From the human T2T-CHM13v2.0 reference genome, Homo sapiens, in assembly GCF_009914755.1 (NCBI RefSeq), contig NC_060933.1: a DNA stretch of 64,000 nt. One strand, 5' to 3'. The notes beneath the pieces were generated by a model, which was not told where the DNA came from, made no database searches, and worked only from the letters and a program-made list of their open reading frames with translations. Shown piece after piece: positions 53,779 to 64,000 of this stretch (positions are counted from its first letter, which is position 1; every line of letters begins with the position of its first letter). A program made the translations under genes and the position numbers.

Positions 53779-56579
53779 GAGACCAATGACTTGATGCAAA
53801 TGTCTCGATATGTCTGGGAACACACCTATCCCTCTCAGTTATTGTTATGGCAATTCAGGCTTGCATTTTGTGCTACCAGGTCAGGATTCCAGAAAACAGA
53901 GTTCCAATCCCACTTTATCTCATTATTTCTGGCCCTTAATTTTTCTACTAGTTTATATTATTCCACCTTTTTAAAATAATGGAGCCGAGGCTAATGTGAA
54001 TTTAAATTTTTATTGTGTTTTGTAATATAATTATTTTATATCAAAAATGAAATTATTACTGGTTTGCAAATTAGAAAAATGATTACAATCATAGGCAAAC
54101 CCAACCACATTTATTTCAAAGGTACAAGTGAGTTTTTAGGCTTCATAAACTATGTATATTCTATTATTGCTCCACATATGGAGGTAAAACAAAATAGAAT
54201 TTAATGTTTCACCTGTTTCACAAATACTGCAATTCTTCCCCACCCCCACCTTGCACAATTCATAGGGTGGGTGGGTGTGAATATTATCTGTATGCCAAAT
54301 TGATTATGATTTTTACTATACTACTTCCTGTGGATCTCTAAAATTTATATTTATTGAAAACTGTTTAGTCCATCAAGTTAAAATTACTGTTTATTGCAAA
54401 GTAAGCTTTAGGTATGAGAAATTTAATATGGAACTTGATAGTCTCCCACTTAGTAACATTATGATTTCTTTCAGTATTTTACTGCTTGCTTATAAATACA
54501 TTTTTTGTTAAAACAGAATAGCGTATTCATAGTCACGATTGTATACAGGTACAAATTGTTCACTTTTCTCAAACATTTGGAAGAAATACAAACAAAAACC
54601 ATATGTTTTAAATATTCCACAGAATACCTTTCTCCCTTTGCTCATATGTTGCAAATGTTTCTAAGCTGGTACCACTTACCCCCCAGTTTTATGGCAAGTA
54701 TTTCTGTATATATTCATAAATGCATTTTGCACTTTAATATAATTTTTTAAACCTAACGTTAAACTCCTAATCTTTTTTTTTTTAATCTTTAGGACAGCCA
54801 TACAGGTAGGTCTCAGAGTCACCTAAAGAGCTTATAAGTTGCTAAGCAAATTGAAAAGTCCTCTCTAATTCACTTTCCTTCTTCAGACCAAAGTGCTCTT
54901 CAGCTGATCTAAACAGATGAGAATATAATCCGTTTTTTAAAAGCAGTGGTTTTTAAACATTTTGGGCATGGACCCAATCTAATAAAAGTTGCCAATCTCT
55001 TCCCACCCCCACCCCCAAAATGTACATACATACACATATACCCACACAATTTTGCATTGAACTTGGCAAGAATCACTATCCCCATCTATGTGGAAGGGGT
55101 TCAAGGATCTTATGTTAATAGCCCCCATTTTACAGTTTAAAGAAAGAGACCCAAAATGCTTGCTAGGTAACTCACTGTGTTTTGGATACTTTCTAATCCA
55201 AAAATTCTTATCTCTGACTAAAAGCCCTCCCATTTCAACTTGTTCTCTTCCTAGAAGTCATAAAGAACAGTTAGTCACCGTTACCTTTCATATTCTTGAA
55301 GGCCCTATTAAGCCATACCTTGGCTATGTCCTCACCAAGATAAATAATCCCAGCTAAGTGATTCCAGTTTGGCTATACCTTTTCTCAGAGACCCCATTAT
55401 TCAATTATTAATCATCTTCATTGACTTCCTCTGAACAGCTTTCAAGTTTTTCATACTCCTTTGAGTTTATTGAGGCTATAATTATTCCTCAGACTCTAGC
55501 GAAGGTCTACGTAAGTGTGCATAAGTGGCCTTGGTCCTTAACAAGCCTTGAATAACCAATCAGTTGAGTGTGGCTCCCATGCAGCCTCCTCCTGCCACAC
55601 TGGAAATCCTGAGCTAACACATTGCTGCATACTTCCTCAGTGGTACTCTTGATTGCTTGGTCCACTAGATTTTCCTTTTGGAATATATAAAATCTCTTAC
55701 ACAGGCTGCCAAGGTTGTGAGCTGCACTAGTCAGGGGTGTTATGGGAACATAACACCAGGGACATCATTGGCAGCCTGAACAAAGGTAAGTAGAGGCCCT
55801 TCCCTTAGTACCTAATGGATTCATTTAAAATTAACTTCTATAAAAGTCTTTCACTGCCTGGATTTCTTTTTATTCGATTACCACATTTCTATTTTGTTTT
55901 CTTTTCAATTTAGGAGATTTTTAAATAAGGACTAATTAAATATTAGTGCTCACGCCAACTTGCTTTAATTTCCCTAGAAACCCTGGCTTACCACCTTCCT
56001 GTTCACTGTGATCTTGGTTCAAAGGTCATCCCTGAACAGCCACCTCAATCTGATTTGCACTTCAACCCCACCATGAAGCTACTCCTGTTTGCTTTTGGTC
56101 ATAGCACTCACTGCTATCTGAAATTACCCTGTTCATTTATTTAATTTTTTCCATACCTTTCTCCTCTGGCTGGAATGGAAGCACCACAGAATCAGAGATC
56201 TTACCTGGCTATCTCATTCATTCATTTAGCATCTAGAACAGTCCCGGACATAAGTGAGGCCCTCAGTAAAAGTATGCAATTTTTTGTTTTGAAAGAAACT
56301 GTTTCATCATCTGTTTATCATTTTGTCACCCCACATTTCAAAATCTTTAAACTCCACACACAGTGAAAAACTACTTTTCCATGCATTTTATTTATATTAT
56401 ACTGGAGTGCTGAAGCCTTCCCAGTTACTGAGCTAATGTTGAGATATTACTTTAAAAAAAGCAAAAAACTATTTTGATAAATGGTTTACAAAAGGGGAAT
56501 AAATGAGGAATAGTGACACATCAGTTAAAATAAAATCACGGAAAAAATGTTTTATAGACATATATTAAGGAGGGAATAA

Positions 56580-56884
56580 TTTCTTTCTTTTTTTGTTTTT
56601 AGAAACAGGGTCTCACTGTCTCCCAGACTGGAATGCAGTGGTGTGATCATGGCTCACTGCAGCCTCAAGCTCCTAGGCTCCAGGGATCCTCCCACCTCAG
56701 CCTTCTGAGTGGCTGGCTAGGACTACAATGCATGCGCCACCATGCCTTTTTTTTCTTAGTTTTTGTAGAGACAGTAGCTCACTTTGTCACCCAGGGTGGT
56801 GTTGAACTCCTGGCTTCAAATGATCCTCCTGCCTCAGCCTCCTTAAGTGCTGGGATTATAGGCATAAGCCTCTGCACCCGACCA
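56580..56884 (-). mobile_element. Alu (AluJ-type)
   Basis: 'gatcatggctcactgcagcctcaa...gatcctcccacctcagcc'. Confidence 0.92.
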
Positions 56885-57439
56885 GAAGAATTTCTATATG
56901 AGGTGTTTCCACTTCCAGAACTTCCCTTCCTGTCTTCAGGAAAGTAGTATGGGTTCTGAGTCATGCCTTAGACAGAAATGCGGTATGCTGAGGAGGAAAG
57001 AGGAGTTAGAGAAAGTGATAATGCTTTTCCTTTCCCCTAAGGATGCAAAAAGAATTCCTAATTGCAGTTTTCTATATGCATATTATACTTCAATACAAAG
57101 TTATTCAAAAATCTCTTGTCTGGCCTGTATTCTGTCTAGCTCATGCACAGTCACTGTTAGGCATAGCTGACATCCACCCTCCATCAAGCACTGAATAGGG
57201 GTTATACCTGTGTGTATGATCAAATCCATTAGATGGAAGAGATTGAGGTCAGTGATCTTGGCTTCTGGCATTCAGAATCAATGGATCTGTTTGGTGCTTC
57301 TTTCCTTTGAAGAAAGAAACCTTTCCATTCATACCCTACTCCTTTTTTTGCAATTGCATGGGATGCCCATAGGATGTTCAGGATTTCATAGAAGTAATTA
57401 TAGAGTTTGAAGGGACCTTGAAAGGCTGTTTTCATTTAA

Positions 57440-57710
57440 ACCAAGAGTTTTCAAACATTTTTTAGTGTGTCCCACTGGAAGAAATAAATTTTACATGATG
57501 ACCTAGTGTGTATATACCTACACTGAAACACATACACACACACCTGAAATAAAAGTTTCACCAAACAATACATATCCTTACTATGTGAGATACACTCAAT
57601 ATTTTCTGTTCTACTCTGAACTATTTTTTATACTGGTTGTTACAGATGAAATTGACTTCATGACCTATTAGTGAGTGGATCACTGCCCACAGTTGAAAAA
57701 TAATGATTTA
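57440..57710. mobile_element. hAT-Charlie DNA transposon relic inside a MIR-like sequence
   Basis: 'ttttcaaacattttt...cccactggaagaaataaattttacatgatgacctag' through 'cccacagttgaaaaataatg'. Confidence 0.5.
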
Positions 57711-59524
57711 ACCATTCCACAAAACAGCTAATGTGAGATCTGAACAGTTTACCCAGTTTGCCCTAACCTTCCATAGACTTAGGTGTCTTCCTTCATGTCG
57801 AGTGTCAAATTCGCAGAGTCAATTATGTCCCATGATAGGTTCTCATTAGCTTATTTCACTAGATTTTCAGAGCATTCTTAGAGGAAAAAGGCTTTCTATT
57901 GTGGCTTTATATACCGGGAAAAAGATTCGATCCAGGCAGTGCTCAGTCAGTGAGGATTTTCTCTCCAATGACAAAATCCTGAGTGACTTTAAAAGGCACT
58001 GCTTCCCCATGGGTAATTATGGGTAATTTGTTTTTTAAAAAAGAAAACGCCAGAGTCATGAAATTCTAGAGCTTGAAGGGACTTTAACAAATCTAGCCCA
58101 GCCCTTTGATTTTATGACAAAAATATTTCCTTGCATGTTCTGAGGAGTTCAGAGCAAAAGTCCTGTTCCCTTATCAACAGTATTTTAAAAAACAGTATTT
58201 GCTGCCATAAGCTGACATATATTAAACAGAACCTTTGTGTTTAAAGAAATAACACAGGCCTAAAATTTTCTAGAATTATAGTTTAAAAGGGGGAAAAGGT
58301 GGGATCTTATCTTTGCCTTTTAAGGTTGCCATAATAACTGAGTTGGAGAAGCCCTATACTCAAAATCCACATTTGTGCTTGAGACAATAGTCCTATGCAC
58401 ATGGATTTTCCATTATTTAGACATTCATTAAATAAATATTATTTGAGAACTTAGTATCTGTTCTCAAGCAGCTTATGTTATAGTGAAATATAGAATGTTT
58501 GTTTTTTATATTACAAATTATATCATCCAGGAAATAATACCTCATAAACAGTGTATCTTTTGTATTTCATTGGTCAGACTTTATTGGTGTTTTATTGGAC
58601 ATAGTTGATGTACCACTCTCGATCCTAGTTTACTAGCATGGACCTAGACCTTTTGATTTCAAGTCCTCTGTTGCACTTGAGGCCTTACCTCACTAGTTAT
58701 TTTATTTATTCAATAAATATTTATTGACTATCTTAGAATAGTCAAGCTTTGTTCTAGACACTGGAGTTACAGAAGTGAACAGGAGTCACCAAATCTCTGC
58801 ACCCAGGGAACTTGCCTGCAAAAGAGCCCCATCATGACTTCGTTAATCCAGTCAGTTTACTAACCCCATCTGGCTTAGTTAATCAGACCCTTTGGGAAAG
58901 TATTGAACATTGAGCAGTATCAAATTTTACAAAAATTGATTCTCAAATCTCCAGCAGAACTAAGGAGACTAAAGTTTGAGGAGTTAGATGTATTAGGTAA
59001 CTGTAAAAATTGAGAGCTTATTAACCCACATTGCTGAGTGTTTTGGAAAGCAATTCGTAAATATGGTTCTTCCCATTTGGTTTTAAACCACACAAGAATA
59101 ATGACATTACTAATCAAAAATTGACAAAGAAACAGGGAGAGAAGAGAAGGATAAAAGGAAAGTGGGAGGAAGGTAGGCTGCAGGGGTGGATGATATCCTC
59201 AGAATGAAGAAGCAAGCAAGAATAAAATCAAGATTTGCCGAGAATATTATCTGAGTCATGAATAGACATAGTAACAGGAAAACCTACTAATGCTCTCAAC
59301 TTGAATAGAGTTGACTCTAGTAGAAAAAGTGGGAAAACTGTTGGCACTCTCATTGCAGAAGTGCATTGTTTTGATGCTCTGACTCAAGTCTTAAGCATGA
59401 CATTTCATGATCAGCTAAGCCGCTGAGCAACCACACCCTATTCTTGGCAAAAATATATATCATATTACATTACCAAAGAGAGCACAATGGAAAGTTTTTC
59501 AAAATAGTAAATAAACACCGTATC

Positions 59525-59663
59525 TTATTTATAAATCTTGTCAAGATTTTCGAGGACTTGCCCAACTCCACGGCGAAATCCCTGTCTGTTTGCTGCAGAA
59601 GATACAGCATGCAGAGTATCTGCCTGAACAGCCAGGTCCTTTTCAATTTCAACTTCTTCAGCC
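59525..59663 (-). other. Candidate exon-like segment (possible 45-aa terminal reading frame)
   Basis: ttag|G GCT GAA... gives AEEVEIEKDLAVQADTLHAVSSAANRQGFRRGVGQVLENLDKIYK*; no homolog recognised. Confidence 0.2.
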
Positions 59664-61074
59664 CTAACCAAGGGGGACTATCCTCTTTAGTGGTAAAAGT
59701 AGATCCAGGTTTTATGGCTGGAGAGAGTCCAGGGCACTCAAAAGTGAAGCAGACGGTTGTGAAAAATTATTTATGGCAGATTTTGTGATGCCTGTGTTGT
59801 ACTCTGATTTAATAGGGGGGAAATGAAATCTGAAGCAGAGTGAATTCATTTTCCAAATTTTACTAGGTGTACATGCAGGTTTACACCAGGGTACTATCGC
59901 TACCCTCAGCTTCTTTTCATTGCTTTCATACTTTGCAAAAGTAAATTCTTCCCTGAACAGACCAATGAAAATACTGCATTGAGTTACCCATGAGAAGCCT
60001 CCAAGACAACACTTTTGACATCCATAGAGTGGACATTTCTTCTGCAACACATACAATGAATGACATCCTCTCTGTATAATGAACAAACTCACATTTCAGT
60101 GAAAATCACCCCTCAAGAAAGGAGAATAATAATAAGAAACCTAAATCAAATGGTACCTCAAATTGCTCTTGCAGACTCTTTATAAAAACATTTTATTGGC
60201 ATGTGAGTGATAACATTGGCCATTTAAAGATATCAGAACATTGTCATTTTGCAAGGAAAATTAAATACATGTGTCCAATCTAATTTTTAACAAATGTAAC
60301 TTTTAAAGAAAATCCTGATTATTTTTCCACACCTCATTTTTAAAGGGTATATTGCAAATCCAAGAAAGGTGCATCAAGAATAAGCAAAATAAATATTACT
60401 TCATTGTTAAGAAACATTTTAGTAAGTATTAGTTTTTACAGATTTTAGTAAATATCAGTACCAAATATTGCGTATATTTTAACATATATTTTAATCAAAA
60501 TATGTTATTGTTGATAGGAATATTTCATGTGCATCATCTTTTTCTCTTTAATTTTGTGAGGAAATCAAGTCAATTTATCATTATGATTATTTTTCATGTA
60601 ATTTTTTTAACATTTAATCGACAAAAATTGTATGTATTTATGGTTTACACATGTTTGAAATATATATACATTATTGAATGGCTAAGTTTAGCTAATTAAC
60701 ATATGCATTACCTCACATACATTATTATGGTTCTTATATTATGGTTGATAGACATGTTCAATATGTCATTTTTGTTCACAGACAGGGTAGACATAGATTA
60801 ATTTTTCTTACCTTTTTATTTAATCTACCTAACCTCTTGTATTATTCCACTGGTATTCTAGAATAAAGTTTAAAGAAAAAAAAATTACATTCAGTTACAA
60901 GGCAGTATCTTGCCCTAACCTGTCCAGCGCAGACCTCAGGAGTGAGAGAAGGGAGAAATAAAACAAGGTACTGAACCACAATAGTAGTCTCTGAGGAAGC
61001 AGGCAGGAAAGGAAGTCGACACAAAGAAACATCATTTTGCTTCATTGATCCGTTGACTAACAGTTAGAAGATAA

Positions 61075-61348
61075 ATAGTTATCCTTTGACATACATGGGG
61101 GAGATTGGTTCCAGGACACGCCCCCTCCACTCCCCCATTCCCTGACATCTTCCCCTTGCCGCATATACTAAAATCCGTGCATTCTCAAATCCAGCACTCT
61201 CAAATCTAAAACTCACATATGAAAACTTTCTATATGTGAGTTTTACATCCCATGAATACTGTATTTTCCATCAGCTTTTGGTTGAAAAAAAATCTGTGTA
61301 TAAGTGGATCTGTACAGTTCAAGCCTTTATTGTTCAAGGGTCAAATGT
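61075..61348. mobile_element. MER2-like TcMar-Tigger relic
   Basis: 'gggggagattggttccaggacac...aaatccgtgcattctcaa...gtataagtggatctgtacagttcaagcc...ttgttcaagggtcaa'. Confidence 0.75.
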
Positions 61349-61574
61349 GAATATGTTTACAAATACAGATGTATATATTTATATAAAGTCTCAACGTGTG
61401 CTTAAGGTATACAGAATATAGGTCTACATTTTATATATATGTGCATGTGTTGTGTAAAGTGTTAAAATAGTGAAATGTCCATTATTTATTACTGACTTTA
61501 AAAAACTGAATGTAATCAATGTCCTTGAAAACTCCTGTATAGAAATGAATTTATTCCTTCAACGAATACTTGAT

Positions 61575-62472
<898 letters not shown>

Positions 62473-62619
62473 TTAATCATACTTATTATCACATTGAGTT
62501 TCTGCAGTTACTTGGCACAAGATTTAAGAGTTCATACAGGGGAATTTCATTGAGATTGCTTTTACATAAGTAAATTTTGTAATTTTTCTTTTATCGTCTT
62601 TTTTCTCTTCTTTAAAAAT

Positions 62620-63180
62620 TTTTTTGTGGTAAATATATGTGATGTAAATTTTACTAATTTAACCATTTTAGGTGTATAGTACTGTGGCATTAAGTATATT
62701 CACATTATTATGCAGCCATCATCTCCACCTATCTTCAGGACTTTTAAAATCTTCCCCTGCTAAAACCCCATACCCCGTTAAACGTTAATTCCCCATTCCC
62801 CCTTCCCTCAGGCTCCTAGCAATCACCATTCTACTCCCTGTCTCTATGAATCTTACTACTCTAGGTACCTCAAATAAGTAGAATCCTACATGTCTTCAAG
62901 GCTCATCCATGTTGTAACATGTGTCAGAATTTTCTTCCTCTTTAAGGTTGAGTAATATCCCATTGTATGTATATATGGAACATTTTGTTGATCTGTTCAT
63001 TTGTCAATAAAGACTTGGGTTGCTTTTATTTTTTGCTATTGTATTAATATATAACACTGCTATGAACATGGGCGTACAAATATCTGTTTGAATCTCTACT
63101 TTCATTTCTTTTGTGTATATACCCAGCAGTGGAATTGCTGCATCATATGGCAATTCTATGTTTAATTTTTGGAGGAATCA
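62620..63180 (-). mobile_element. L1MB-like 3' end
   Basis: 'ttttttgtggtaaatat...ttaaccattttaggtgta...ggcattaagtatattcaca...atacccagcagtggaattgctg'. Confidence 0.88.
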
Positions 63181-64000
63181 AACTTGTGCTTTTAAAATTC
63201 ATACATTCAGCAAATGTTCATTAGACTCCTATTATGTGCCATGCAGCTATGCCAGAGGTGGGGAATGAATGAACAGGATGCACTGCCTTCCAGGCTGTCT
63301 CATGTGTGAGTAGTTGTTGTTGCTGTTGTTCTTTCTTTAGATGGTGATAATGATTTACTGTGGAATCATTAACTCTCTTCCCCAGCCTTCTTGAGACTAT
63401 GTAGTGTATAATAAGCATGCCCTCATCATCCCAAGCTTCATTAACTTGAATTTCTGAGCCAGAGCCTCAAGCTAGATGCAAACATTACATTGTCATGTCA
63501 TGACTCAGGCTATCTATAATACAACCCCTCTCCCTTCTGTGTCATATGTGGTAGTAGCTTGAAGAGAAAATTATTTCAGCTAAATCAGAGATTTGATTAA
63601 CAAAAACCTGTACAAATGAAATTGTAGTATTGTTACACAAATTATACTATTGTACATTGTATTATATGAATTCTATTAAGATATTAAATTTGAATATGAG
63701 GTAAATAATTTTTCTGTTTGAATGACATTATTCCAATAGAAGTGATACATAAGAAAGGAAAATCCACTTTGAATAAGTTTTCTTACCAAAATGTGAAACT
63801 TTGAAAGTGTAGAATAGCCTTGGAAAATTTAATGAGTTATGACAGTCAACAAAAATTAATCACAATAAGGATAAAGAAAAACAATGTTTTCATCACCATA
63901 AAATCAATCTGATCCTTCTCCTTAAGAGAGTGGTTCATAGCCAATTTCCTTTTCATAATTACAGTGTTTTATTTTGTATGTTTATAACACCCCTTCTTCC

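Overview
Primate (human-like) non-coding genomic DNA, AT-rich and dense in interspersed repeats: about 16 Alus, a near-full-length degenerate L1M (about 13.7-19.5 kb), L1 3' fragments, many MIR/L2 relics, LTR elements and DNA-transposon relics. No protein-coding gene could be confidently identified, and the ORF track is essentially Alu/L1/LTR-derived or random. A CpG-enriched, repeat-free block at about 37.6-38.45 kb carries several minus-strand splice donors and looks like a promoter with alternative first exons. A strong CTCF motif lies about 4 kb away, and a few candidate minus-strand exons occur elsewhere, so the window may be the 5' or intronic part of a large minus-strand transcription unit (inference). 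The main oddities are: (1) an apparent chimeric ERVL/MaLR provirus at 50963-53778 with two LTRs from different families but one perfect 5-bp target-site duplication; (2) two interleaved inverted duplications (A-B-A'-B') at 19851-21162; (3) a 122-bp near-perfect palindrome at 8950-9071; (4) a MADE1 with co-varying arms; (5) a roughly 130-bp tandem duplication with a microhomology scar. Repeat family names come from my recall of consensus sequences, not from a database search, and many boundaries are approximate.
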